The position numbers and the translations under genes were made by a program. A DNA stretch of 64,000 bases. Origin: Hydrolagus colliei (Eukaryota). The stretch's first letter is position 1. Every line of letters begins with the position of its first letter. The notes below the pieces were generated by a model that was not told where the DNA came from, did no database searches, and saw only the letters and a program-made list of their open reading frames with translations. Positions 1 through 12,810 of the stretch are shown piece after piece. The stretch spans positions 14,260,001 to 14,324,000 of the forward strand of contig CM068756.1 in NCBI GenBank assembly GCA_035084275.1, read 5' to 3'.

Positions 1-3000
1 TTAACATGGTCAACAATGAAGATGGTCAACACGATCACTACCAAGAAACAGAATATAAACCGTAAAATCATCATGTTCTCCGACATTCCACCATAATATC
101 CATTCCTCCCAGAAGCTAGAAAACAAATATCGGAATTAAAATCTATTGAATAATTAGACTGTGTTGGGAATATGTACAGTTTGTGAATTAATTTATTTTG
201 GAAGGTACAATGAGGTGGACGAATATTATGAATTTGTGTGATTGAAAACAACAGAGAACATGAATGTACAGATATGCTTCAGTAATACGATAGAGACACA
301 CTTATATATTATGGGATAGCCATTCCCCTGAGAATGTGTGCTCAGCTTCAAATACACCAGAGAGAATGGCTGTTCCAACCCGAGCCTTGGAGAGTTGAGC
401 ACCAACGTAATCAAAACTGATTCCTTTAGACATCTACTATCAAATCGAAAAGTCTGTAACACATCTCACAAACTATTTAGATTTTAAGTGCAGCGAGGAA
501 AAGAAGCCGAAGATTTTCCCCAACAAAGCCTCAGAATGTTGAATATATTGATAAATGATATTATTTGTGCTGTATTTGTGAAGATGTATCAGTGGAAAAG
601 TCCAGTTACTGGTTTCACCCCTAATTGCTGGTGGAGAGCTCAGGTCTATAGCACTTTGGGCGGGTTACCAAATAACAAGAAAATACAGTTTGAAGGAGAG
701 AGATATTTAGAAATTAATGAGAAAACAAGAAGATACACAGGTTTGAGATATTGCTTCGTTTCAAAGACTAAACATTTATAAAAACGCAATGTACGGCAGA
801 TGCTGGAAATCCGAAACAATCTGAACACTCAGCAGGTCAGGCAGCCTCTCTGGACAAAGGAAAAATGATTCAACATTTTGGATTCACGACCTTTCGTCTG
901 AACTGCGTTAATAAAATTTTGACTGCGTTAATAACTCCGGAAAAGAGATCTGTGATTGACTAACAACTGGGTTCCCACTTATTGCTGGAACGAAACACCC
1001 AATGTTTCGTCCTGCCCGGGAATCAAACCTGGGTCCCCCCTCGAGAGAGGCGAGTGCTCTAATCACTGAGATACACGACTCCACTGATACAAGAGATTCT
1101 GATGAATAATAATCCTAAAAGCAGCAAATTTGCCACACACAGTGTACCATAAATAGTCATGGCGTTAATAACCAATTTTACCTGCTGTGTTTATCAGCCA
1201 GAACAAAGGGAGGAAGAATCTTACTTCACGCTTCGAATAGTATCATGGCATCATTACATGCATAAATATCTGAAGTTAACAATGTGTTCAAACCCTTTGA
1301 ACACATTGTTAACTTTAGATATTTATGCATATAACATATGAATACTATTTCATTGTTAAACAAAATAACCAAAGTAAATATTACATCTAATCTCAATCTG
1401 TGCATTTTTTGTCATCAGAATTAGCAACAACAACAACAACAACTACAAAATTGCATCTGTAAAGCGCATTTTACAGCAAGAAGAGGTCCCAAGGTGCTGG
1501 ACCCGAACTGAAATTAGATGGAACTCAGAACTGAAAACAGCTGGATGTATTAGTTTACGGCAGCTGTAGCTAATGACATCTGGTTACCATTGCTCTTGAC
1601 TTTATTACTCAGGCGAGGGCGACACACAGAATACCAAAATGGACCATTGCTTATCAGAGGAACCCTCACAAAATACAATCCATAGATTGTAGAGCAAGAG
1701 ACTGCTGTACCTATTGACAGCTGATCACAGCGATGAAGCACAATCACTTGTTAATAAAAGGGGGAACATGACGGGATGGGAAGACATTTGATGCTGAAGT
1801 GTCCTGAGGTGTCCCGAGCGTTTGAAAACTATGCGGGTTCAGGATGCCACCACTTATTGGTTAGGTTTAACAAAATGTATGATTTATTCACTTAAAATGT
1901 TCTACATTCACACCTTATAATGTCGTTGATCACCACCATGCACAACCCCCTCATCACCATCTCAACACATTTATCTCCTATCAACTCTGGCATCGTTTCC
2001 TATCCCTGCAGGTCTCCCAGGAGAGAGAGCAAGTCACATTCCATCCCTCAAGTCACAGGCAGGTGACTGTTCCTGAGGGCTCTAACCTCAGCCTCTGCCC
2101 TTCACTATCTATGCTCTATCCACTTGGCGACATCATCCGTAGATATGTATGTCCACATGTATAAAGATGAAACCCAACTCTCCCATGTTCCTCCACACTC
2201 AACATCCATCATTAACCCAATTAGTACCAAACTTCAAGTCCTTGATTAGCTCTGACTTCCTTCAGCTGAACAACAATATCTCTCGGTCGGTTTGTATAGC
2301 GCCTTATACATCAAATATTTAATGTACATGCATTGACTGAAAAAGTGGTGGAGGCTGATTCGATAACAGCTTTTAAAAGAGAATTAGATCTTTATTTAGG
2401 GAGAACTGGTCTGTTAGGTTATGGGGAGAGATCGGGGCAGTGGGATTGAGTTGCTCTTTTCAAAGAGCCGGCACACACTAGATGGGCCAAATGGCCTCCT
2501 TTTGCGCCGTAAAATTCTATGATTCTATGAAATACAATGATTGATATTGTCACTATTATCTCATTATTGTCATCTCAAATTGCTTCAGATGATTGACTGA
2601 AAGCTGCTGTACAAATGTAATAATGTTGTTGGTTTTGTTTACGAATCAATGAAAATAAACATCCCTATGAGGTTTGAAATAACAACAGTCGACTTTTTAA
2701 AATTCGTTTAGGATCCTACCTGCTTTAGGTTTTGGGATTGTGTAGGTGGCAATAGCTCAATTCTTGATGCTGACTAGTTATGCATAAAAGGAGGAACATG
2801 GTGGGATGGAAAGACATTTGATGAATCAAGTGTCCTTTGCGGAAACTGAGATTTTGAAAGTCATTCAGCTTTAGGATATGTTGATAATATCGATAATCAA
2901 TAAGTACATAATATCGGTTTGGTTTAATGAAATGTTTGAGGATTCACATCAAATGTTCCACATTCCAACAGTGTAATGTATTTGATCAACATCTTGCACA

Positions 3001-4657
3001 ACCCCCTCATCACTAATCTCAACACATTTGTCTCCTATCAACTCTGGCATTGCTTCCTATCCCCACAGGTCTCCCGGGAGAGCAAGTCACATTCCATCCC
3101 TCAAGTCACAGGCAGGAGCTGCTGAACATTGACTGTTCCTCGGGTCTCTATCCTCAGCCTCTGCCCTTCACTATCTAGATGTTCCCACTTGGCGACAAAT
3201 CGCTTCAGAGGATTCAATGAAAGGCGTTGTACAAATACAACTTTGTTGTTGATGTTGTTTACAAATCAATGCGGCTAAACATCCCTATGAGAATTGAATT
3301 AACAACAGTTGGGTTTTTAAAACTCTTTTAGAATCTTACCTGCTTTAGGTTTTGAGATGGTGTAGGTGGCAATAGCTGAATTCTTGAGGGTGATGTGAGA
3401 CACCAGACAGGTATAAACAGATATGCTCTGGACAGACTGTGTGTCTTCAATAGAGCTAGAGACCATACAGAGTTCCCATGAGTCCTGCTTTTCTATGGTT
3501 ATTGTCTCTTCCACCATTATTCCTGATGTTGGTGTAATTTGGTTCTCATCTTTATACCATATGAGGGTGAAATCCTTTGGGTAAAACGCAGTAGTTTCAC
3601 ACACAATTGTCCGATGCTTAGTTGAATTCCTAGAGAAAATCCTCAGTGGAGTTGGGGGAACTGTAGAACAGATAATGGAGGAAACTCATATTAATTTTGA
3701 TCAATCAGCGGGAGAAACTTTATTTTAATTCTTTTGTTTGCAATCTCCCGATTCCTGAGTGCAAATGGAGGTTTATTTAGATTCACAAATATCCCTCTCA
3801 CAGCAGCAGAAGCTTCCTCCTGCTGTAATTACCCTTCGGTTTTTATCAATTAATGTTGATGCGTAATCGTTGTCTTACATATTATTACTATTATTGTTAT
3901 TGTGACTAAGATTATCAGGCGGAATTGATCACTGTGAACTCTCGATCAGAGGAGACAGAGGATCCCTGACAGGTGTGAGAACACTGTATTATTCTGGCTC
4001 AATTGGTAGCATTCTCGCATCTGAGTTAGAAGGATATGGGATCAAACTTGACATTGGGACTTGGAATTCACATAGTTGATGCGGAAACATTTGCTGCAAT
4101 GCACACTCACCCTGCACAGTTAAACGTGATCCAGGTCCTGTTCCAATTACTGATCCCTGACGGATCACTGAGCAGCGATAGACTCCAGAGTCCTGGAAAC
4201 TCACATTCAGGAACTGGAAGAAGCCGCTTCCTTTGCCTATCACACCAAATGTTTTCCTGCTGTCCGCCTGTGTGTCCAAGTAGCCGTCCTCACCCTCCTT
4301 CTCCCACTTCACCCCCTGTCCTGAACCGTGTTGAGAGGAGGGAAACATACAGAGGAGAGTCACGTTCATCCCTCCGATGAGTGTCACATGTTCGGGGCTT
4401 TGATATACTTTCACTGAAGAATCATCAGCAACTGTCAGAAAATAGAGTCAAACACTGATTTCACAGATAATACGCCGTGGACAAAGCAAGCGAGTAAAGA
4501 GAGTAAAAATTGAGTTAGTATACTGTATATGATAATAACACATGGAAACAGGCTTGTAGATATTTCATAGAAGAACTGAGTTATATAATAATAATAATAA
4601 AATACCTGTTGAAATAATATGTAAGACAGACAGGTACAGAAACACAACACTCCCCAT
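1..4657 (-). CDS. G1: non-rearranging VJ-C1 Ig-superfamily receptor with Arg-containing TM (NKp30/NCR3-like); 3' end runs off the window
   Basis: Exons: leader 4606-4657 (MGSVVFLYLSVLHIISTG), V 4111-4431, C1 3340-3660, TM 1-115 (ASGRNGYYGGMSENMMILRFIFCFLVVIVLTIFIVDHV..). All have AG/GT boundaries and phase-1 junctions. Canonical Ig C-W-C residues in both domains. Confidence 0.88.
920..1083 (-). mobile_element. Second tRNA-headed SINE-like element
   Basis: Minus strand GGAGTCGTGTATCTCAGTGATTAGAGCAC...GGTTTGATTCCCGGG (A/B boxes). The G2 paralog (15140-15792) is split by a later insertion. Confidence 0.6.
2336..2530 (+). mobile_element. Short 3' end of the same CR1 subfamily as 9790-11468
   Basis: Near-identical to the reverse complement of 9790-9990, with TTCTATGA tail. 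Confidence 0.85.
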
Positions 4658-4732
4658 GTCTGACTCTGGCTCTGATGAGCTGCAACACATGCATGTGGTA
4701 TATTTGATACAGAGTAGGCAGCTGTGACACTG

Positions 4733-4741
4733 ACTTCCTGT
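4733..4741 (-). promoter_or_regulatory. ETS-type site ACAGGAAGT upstream of the G1 ATG
   Basis: Same motif at equivalent positions in all six leader-bearing loci: 4733, 19696 (CCAGGAAGT), 28082, 38263, 39998, 52017. Function not demonstrated. Confidence 0.5.
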
Positions 4742-5412
4742 TTCGTTGGGTTCATTTCTCCTAGAATATATTTACAAATATATAAAGCGCACGCCCACCT
4801 TCTATGATACCAAATTACCATCCCATCTAAACATTACGCTTCGTATCCAACTTCCTGGCCACTCAACATTGCTCCCATCTGTTTCTCCACTAAGCCCTAG
4901 AAATCCAGTTTCTACTCATCCTGGTCCACCATTGTTACTTGACGACTACTCTTACCTCTCCCATCTCTATGATGTCCTGCAGAGTATCCAGATGCTGTAG
5001 TCTTGTCCCCCTTCTTTTTTCACTCCGCACGCCAAATAATTATTCGTCCCCCCCAAAAAGCTACAGTTGGTCATTGAAATGCATGACTGTTTGTGGGACA
5101 CTGTTGTGTGCAATTCTTACTGTGTTACACCCACAAATGTATAGTCAATTCATTTTACTGTATATTCTGTGAAGCGCTTTGAGACTCTCTCTTGGTGATT
5201 GTATCCACAGTCAAGCAATTAACTTTCACCTTGATGTGAATGAACGACAACTCAACCCCTCTGTTTATTTAGGATCTACTGGTGCAACATCTATTTCCGC
5301 ATCAAGACCTAGATAACCCCAGACTTCGTACAAATTACTATTGATGAATCCCATCCTCCTTGTCTTCTGCATATATTTCCTTTCTCCTAGAATATATTTA
5401 CAAATATATAAA

Positions 5413-7242
5413 GAGGAAAAGGCTAGCGAGGTTTAATGTGGGTCCATTACAGGCAGAGACCGGAGGAATTAGAATAGGGGACAAAGACATGGCAGAGTCA
5501 TTAAACAAGTATTTTTCTACAGTCTTCACCGTAGAAGATACTGGAAACATACCAAAAATAGAGGGGAACCAAGAAGACAATGCTAGCAAGCAACTTAGGG
5601 AGATTAACATCAGTAAAGAGATGGTTCTAGGTAAATTGTCGGGTCTTGAAACCGATAAATCCCCTGCACCGGATGGCCTGCATCCTAGAGTTTTAAAGGA
5701 GGTGGCTACTGAGATAGTGGATGGCATATCTATAATCTTCCAAAATTGTGTGGATACTGGAAAAATCCCCATTGATTGAAAGATTGCAAACGTAACTCCA
5801 CTATTTAAGAAGGGTGGGAGAGAAAATATGGGAATCTATAGACCAGTAAGTCTGACGTCAGTTGTAGGGAAAATTCTTGTGTCCTTAATAAAATACATAG
5901 TTATGGGATACCTTGAAGACCATAAAAAGATTAGGCAGAGTCAACATGGCTTTACAAAAGGGAAGTCATGCTTGACTAATCTTTTAGAATTTTTTGAGGA
6001 TGTATCCAGCAGGTTGGATAAGGGGGAACCAGTAGATGTGGTATATTTGGATTTTAGGAAGGCATTTGACAAGGTACCACAAAAAAGGCTGTTACTCAAG
6101 ATTAAGGCCCACGGGATTAATGGGAAAATATTAACATGGATAGAACAGTGGCTATCGGGTAGAAAGCAGAGTGTAGCGACAAACGGATCATTCTCGAATT
6201 GGCCGGATGTAACTAGTGGAGTGCCACAAGGATCAGTGCTTGGGCCTCAGCTATTTACTATTTACATCAATGATCTAGATGAGAACATTGAATGTAACGT
6301 GTCTAAATTCGCGGATGACACTAAACTAGGTAGCAGAGTGAGCTCTGAGGATGATGCAAAAAGATTGCAACAAGATATAGATAGGCTAGGGGAGTGGGCA
6401 AGTAGGTTGCAGATGGAATTCAATGTTAGCAAGTGTGAAATTATTCACCTTGGTAGCAAGAATAAAAGAATAGATTATTTTCTAGAGGGGGAGAAGTTAG
6501 ATAGTGTTAGTATTCAAAGGGATTTGGGTGTCCTTGTACACCAGTCCCAAAAAGCTAGTTTGCAGGTACAGCAAGCACTAAGAAGGCAAACGGCATGTGA
6601 GCGTTCATTTCAAAAGGTTTAGAGTACAAGAGTAGGGAAGTCTTGCTGCAACTGTATAGGGCTCTGGTGAGACCGCACCTAGAGTATTGTGTGCAGTTCT
6701 GGTCTCCTTATTTAAAAAAGGACATACTTGCCTTAGAGGGGGTGCAGCGTAGATTCACGAGGTTAGTTCTTGGGATGAGGGGACTGACCTATGAGGATAG
6801 GTTGAATAAACTAGGGCTGTATTCTCTAGAGTACAGAAGAATTAGGGGGGATCTTATTGAAACACATAAGATTCTTAAAGGGCTTGATAAAGTAGGCACT
6901 GAGGGACTGATTCCCTGGTAGGAGAATCTATAACCAGGGGTCACAGTCTTAAAATGAAGGGTCAGCCTTTTAGAACAGAGTTGAGGAAACATTTCTTCAC
7001 TCAAGGGTAGTGAATTTATGGAATTCATTACCCCAGAAGGCTGTAGATGCTCAGTCCTTGAACATTTTAAGGCTGAGACTGATAGATTTTTGAAAAATAG
7101 AGGGATTAGGGGATATGGGGATAAGGCATGTAATCAGAGTTAGGTGAGAAGATCAGCCATGATCTTGTTCAATGGCAGAGCAGGCTCGATGGGCCAAATG
7201 GCCTCCTCCTGCTCCTAATTCTTATGTTCTTATGTTCTTATA
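5413..7242 (+). mobile_element. 5'-truncated CR1-clade LINE (RT remnant, stop and frameshift)
   Basis: ORFs 5360-5779, 5828-6622, 6643-6921 with RPVSLTSVVGK, YLDFRKAFDKV, GVPQGSVLGP, FADD. (TTCTTATG)n 3' tail. Confidence 0.93.
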
Positions 7243-7565
7243 CTGTAAAGTGAATTGACTATATATGTGTATGAAACGCGGCAGCCAATTGCGCAACATC
7301 AACTGTCCTCACAAACAGTCATGGATTGAAATTACTATTTTATTATTTTGAGGGATTATGATTATTAGGCATGTGTAGCAAGGAAACTTGGCCATGGTTT
7401 CACCCTATACAGTATATGCAGCATTTTTGTTCTACTCGTATAAAGTATCAACTATATTAGGCAACTCAGAACAAAAACTTGTTGATTATGAAGTTTTTTT
7501 CTTAGTGCAGGAAGAGGGAAAACACAACATCTAAAACAGAAAAATAAATGCTACTTGATATGCGA

Positions 7566-8205
7566 TAAGAACATAAGAACATAAGAATTCAGAGCAGGAG
7601 TAAGTCATTCAGCCCCTAGAGCCTGCCCCGCCATTCGATAAGATCATGGCTGATCTATTCTACTCCACCGCCTTATCCCCATATTCCTTGACCCCTTTAT
7701 CCACAAGAAATCTATCAATGTCTGGCTTGAATATGTTCAATGTGTGAGCATCTGCAGCCCTGTGGAGTAGAGAATTCGATAAATTCACTACCCTATGAGT
7801 GAAGAAGTTTTTTCTCAACTCAGTGCGAAAGGGCCAACCCCTAATTTTAAGAGTGTGACTCCTGGTTATAGTTTCTCCAACCAGGGGAATAAGTCTCCCA
7901 CTATCTATTCTGTTGTGCCCTTAATAATCTTATAGGTTTCGATAAGATCACCTCTCATTCTTCTATATTCTAGCGCATATAGGCCTAGATTGCTCAACCT
8001 ATCCTCATAGCTAATCCCCCTCATCCCAGGTACCAATCTAATGAATCTACGTTGCACTCCCTGCAAGGCGAGCACATCCTTTCTTAAATGAGTCCAGAAC
8101 TGCACACAATATTCTAGGTGTGGTCTCACCAGGGCCCTATACAGTTGCAGCAAGACTTGCCTACTCTTATATTCTAACCCTTTTCTAACGAATGCTAACA
8201 TAAGC
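7566..8205 (-). mobile_element. CR1 LINE 3' fragment
   Basis: (ATAAGAAC)n tail at 7566. ORF 7905-8201 contains LYRALVRPHLEYCVQFW. Confidence 0.9.
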
Positions 8206-9084
8206 TTGGCATAAGATTCCTCAGCACTTTTTCCACCAGCAACCGGAATGGTTGGAATATAGAACTTCTTTCAAGAAGAACGGCCTTGAGAATGCCACGA
8301 AGTCACTGGGCAAACACAAGGACCAAGAAGATTCCCAGTTTATCAAAACAGAGATTTAAAGATAGCACCTCTGCATACAGACTCCGAATCTACATGCAAC
8401 TCCTATATTCTTGGTCAGTCAATGGGAATTGAATTATTCAGTTGTGATCTATCCTTGCCACCAATTTGTAATTATTATTAAGCTCCTCCTGGATAAAATC
8501 ATCCATTCAGGGGAGAACAATGTTTGTTGCCCTCCTCAAACCAAACAGAAGGGATAGAGTAACAATAACATCACTGAGCAGGAGTAGGTTATTATTGTAA
8601 AGGAAAAGACCAATAGGAAAAGACCAAACATAGAACTCTAAATGACCTAGATTTACAGACCCAATTCAATTTGCAGGTGACATCAATTGATAGATAAACC
8701 TATGGGATGGACCAAGAGGAAACACAAATCGTCCATGGACTGGGTAGAACTTGCCAAGGGAGAAGTTGAAGGAAATCCAGTTGTGTTATTTGATTCATCG
8801 CACATGATGTAAAAACATTGTTAGGAGCAAAAACAAGACAAGCAGGGTGTTGTGTTATTTATTGCACAATATACAGTATGCACATTCAGTCCTGTAGCTC
8901 AGTAGTGAGTGCACTCGCCTTATAAGTGACTCCACACGCCTAATAGTAATCCCTCAAAAAAATAATAAATTGGTCATTTCAATCCATGACAGTTTGTTGG
9001 ACATTGTTGTGTGCAATTGGCTGCTGCATTTTGCCCAAATAGATACAGTCAGTTCACTTTGCAGTATAATCTATGAAAAGCAAG

Positions 9085-9175
9085 GATAATTATTATTATT
9101 TTATTATTATTTTATTATTGTATTATTATTTTATTATTATTTTTAAATTATTATAATTTAATTATTTTCATTATT
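9085..9175. repeat. (ATT)n-type simple repeat
   Basis: Direct reading. Confidence 0.85.
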
Positions 9176-9789
9176 ACATTGCTCTGGTCAGACTGCACCT
9201 TGCACTGTGACATAACGGGGCTTCCCAGTTCCAAAGGACAATGCAGAGGAAAGCAATGAGGATGATGCCCCTCATTAGAGGGATATGCTTTGAGAGGTGT
9301 TTAACATTGTAAATGGGACTGAAAACGTCACCCAGATTAACAGTTTAGGTTGTAGCAAAACGGCAGAATAAGAGGACATAGGTTTTGAGTTGCAGGGGCA
9401 ATATCAGAATGGATAACGGAATAGATTTCTTTACAGCAAGTAAAATAAGAACAACTGGAATAGATTGGGAGGAAGTTTGGTTGAAGGAACCTCGTTTAAT
9501 ATACAGCTTGAGGCTGTGATGGGGAGATGGCAGGTGTGTATTCTGACAGGATGAAATCAAATAAGCAAAGGGACTTTGTGAATGAATGCAAACTAAAGAT
9601 GCATTTTTTAAAAATTGCGTTAAACAGACACTCCTGCCCACAAAACACACACAAAAACACACACAGCTACAACACCACCTCATGGAGTATGAATGCTGAT
9701 GTTCCAGAAAAAATGAATGCTCTGCATAAAACATTCAAAAATCTATGATTCACAAATTGTGCAGAGCCTTGATGTTGATATTAGCGTTT

Positions 9790-11468
9790 CATAGAATTTT
9801 ATAGATTCATAGAATTTTACGGCACAAAAGGAGGCCATTCAGCCCATCTAGTCTGTGCCGGCTCTTTGAAAAGAGTGATTCAATCCCACTGCCCTGCCCG
9901 CTCCCCATAGCCTAATAGACCTGTTCTCCCTAAATAAAGATCTAACTCCCTTTTAAAAGTTGTTATCGAATCAGCCTCCACCACCTTTTCAGGCAATGCA
10001 TTCCAGATTCGAACAACTCGCTGAGTGAAAAAATTTCTCCTCAGCTCCCCTCTACTTCGCCTTGAAACTATTTTAAATCTGTGACCACGAGTCACAGATT
10101 CACCCACGAGTGGAAATAGTTTTTCTCTATTTGCCCTGTCGAAACCCCTCATGATCTTATAAACCTCTATTAGGTCTCCCCTCAATCTTCTCTGCTCCAG
10201 AGAGAATAACCCTAGCCTATCTAGCCTCTCCTCATAGCTGAAGTCCCTCAATCCTGGCACCATCCTAGTAAATCTTCTTTGTACCCTTTCCAATGTCTTC
10301 ACATCCTTTCTGTAGTGTGGTGACCAGAATTGAACACAGTATTCCAGCTGAGGCCTCACCAAAGTCTTATAGAGGTTAGTCAGCACTTCCTGACTTTTGT
10401 ACTCTATACCCCTATTTATAAAGCCTAGTATCCCATATGCCTTCTTAACAGCCTTGTCTACCTGTCCTGCCACCTTCAACGAGTCACTGACACAAATCCC
10501 CAGGTCTCTCTGTTCCTTCACACCATTTAAAATTGTACTATCTAGCCTATATTGCCTCCCTTCATTTCTTCTCCCAAAGTGCATCACCTCACACTTCTCT
10601 GCATTAAACTTCATCTGCCATGTGTCTGCCCACTTTACCAATTTGTCTATATCCTCTTGCAGATGGCTACTATCCTCCTCACTATTTACTATTCTCCCTA
10701 ACTTAGTGTCATCTGCAAACTTGGAAACTGTACTCCGTACACCCAAGTCCAGATCATTGATGTAGATTACAAACAGCAATGGTCCCAAAACCGATCCCTG
10801 TGGCACACCACTGCTCACTTCCCTCCAATCTGAAAAACAACCGCTCACTACAACTCTCTGCTTTCTGTCTCGCAGCCAGTTGTGGATCCACGCTGCCACT
10901 GTCCCTTTAACGCCATGGGCCTTTAATTTCATAATAAGTCTCTCATGTGGCACTTTGTCAAATGCCTTTTGAAAGTCCATGTAAACTACATCAACTGCGC
11001 TACCATTATCCAACCATTCCGTTACCTCATCAAAAAATTCTATCAGATTTGTAAGGCAAGATTTGCCTTTAACAAATCCATGTTGACTGTCCTTCATTAG
11101 CCTATATCTTTCTAAGTGAAGATCTACCTTGTCTCTGATTATGGACTCTAGAAGTTTGCCCACTACCGACGTTAGACTGACTGGTCTGTAGTTACCAGGC
11201 TTGTCCTTCTGCCCCTTTTTATACAAGGGAGTAACATTAGCTATCCTCCAGTCCTCTGGCACGACCCCTGTGTCCAAGGAAGATTGAAAGATCGTGGCCA
11301 GAGTCCCTGCTATTTGCTCCCGTGCCTCACTTAGTAACCTAGGGTGCATCCCATCCGGACCAGGTGACTTATCCACCTTGAGCAACGTCAACCTTTGTAG
11401 AACTTCCTCTCTGGTTATAATTATTCTATCCATTTCTCCTACCCTCTCCTCTAATACCATGGCGTTGG
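9790..11468 (-). mobile_element. 5'-truncated CR1 LINE with uninterrupted RT/C-terminal ORF
   Basis: ORF 9880-11478 (532 aa) with SPGPDGMHP, DFQKAFDKVPH, GVPQGSVLGP, FADD, NFFTQRVV. ATAGAAT-type tail. Confidence 0.95.
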
Positions 11469-11890
11469 GAATGGTCATTGTAACACAGCCCTAGATTGCG
11501 CAATAGGCCACTGACTTGACAGTTAAGGTTGATCAATGATAAGTGCATGGGTAACCAAGAAAGTTTAATTGGAGAAAAGAAGAAGCAGGGGTTAGTTTCT
11601 TGGCGTTTTCTGAATCACAAAGAGTATAAATGAACTGTCATCGTGTAATATGTTTGATGAAGGAAAGGAACGATGCAGTGGAAAGTGATGTTTGTCCCTC
11701 TGGTGGCCATCAAGCAATCGGGGCTTCGTGTTATTTTGACTGCAAAGTTACCAGTAACTAAAAAAACCTCGGGCAGATTGTTTTGACCCTGATAACAAGC
11801 TGATCTGAAACAACGCTGCATAAATGCGTAGCCGTGTTAAACGTTTCTGTGTCTTTGACTTCCTGTCTTGGAGGGTTCAGGAAATTGAGT
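11469..11890 (-). pseudogene. Old divergent V-exon relic with promoter remnant; its 3' end is displaced to about 9745-9789 by a CR1 insertion
   Basis: Acceptor at 11758-11759, then VTGNFAVKITRSPDCLMATRGTNITFHCIVPFLHQ, stop and frameshifts, later ..LINLNCQVSGL.. (E/F-strand-like). Family ACTTCCTGT motif near 11857. Confidence 0.65.
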
Positions 11891-12229
11891 TCATATTGTA
11901 AATGTAGTTTGTAATTCCACATAATCATTAAGGCTGCATCAAGCTTCTGACGTAGAGGTGAGAGGGTGACCAAATAAGCCAGCCTGATACGCAATATATG
12001 ATACGCACATCAGCAGCCTCATTTGAGCTATTTGGTTCATATTTTTAAAAGAAATGGCTACACATTATCAAAATACTCACTGAATGGATGCTATTCCAAT
12101 GCAGATAAAAGCTTAAAAATAGTTAAATGAGCTATGTTTGCTATATTTCAGCACTAGCTTCATACCATAATATCGAAACAATCTCTAAGTGGGTAAGGCC
12201 AAGCCACATGTTGGATTGTCTCCAAGGAC

Positions 12230-12810
12230 AATATTGAGCCAAAATAGAGGAAGAGTCATGTCACTTTATAAATCATTGGTGCCACCTCACTTGGAATATT
12301 GTGTGCAGTTCTGTTCACCAGAATAGGAGAACAATATTACATTGATTGAGAGGATATAGAGTAAGGCAACCAAATTATTCGAGGCGATTATTTGGACTAC
12401 AAGGAGTGATTTGGTTTACTGGGCATGTTCACGCTGGAGACGGGACGGTTGAGGTGCAATATGATTACGGTCTTTAAGGTTCTGAAGGGTTTCGGTAACA
12501 TAGACCACGATAAGCTGTATATTTTACAATGAAGATAAGAACCAGACGTCAATGATTGAAGCTGGTGGGGAGAGGAGGTAAATTCATAACAGGTCAACAG
12601 AAATGTTACTTCACTGAGCGAACAGTAAACTTGTGGAACAGGCTCCCAAAGGAGATGATGACAGCAGAAACTAGTTTGTTTCAAGAAGAATTTGTGTGAG
12701 AAAAAACTACATTGGGATAAAGGGTTGAGTTTGGGACTTGTGTCAATGGACTGCTAGGTTGGTGGAAGGCAAACTTGGTGTACCTTGGTCTTCTTTCACT
12801 TAACAAATCT
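12230..12810 (+). mobile_element. Old decayed CR1 fragment carried along in the cluster duplications
   Basis: Degenerate PHLEYCVQF..FTERTVNLWNRLP sequence. Paralogous copies near 22600-23960, 32150-32760 and 57455-58450. Confidence 0.7.

Noticed and set aside
1550-1747. Repeated ORF MIVLHRCDQ.. (also 16362-16559)
   Set aside because: Intronic duplicated block. The frame is not kept in the copies near 17500, 48300 and 62300, and it has no recognisable motif.
2010-2200. Conserved plus-strand 'exon' repeated in every C1-TM intron
   Set aside because: It translates to a decayed L2 RT motif (VPQGS..LFTIYMLPLGDII..HMYxDxTQL), an old LINE relic copied with the genes.
3340-4431. Rearranging Ig/TCR locus (IgL, IgNAR, NAR-TCR)
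   Set aside because: Each V exon already contains the G strand and ends in a GT donor. I saw no heptamer/nonamer RSS or separate D/J segments, and the CDR3-equivalent is invariant across copies.
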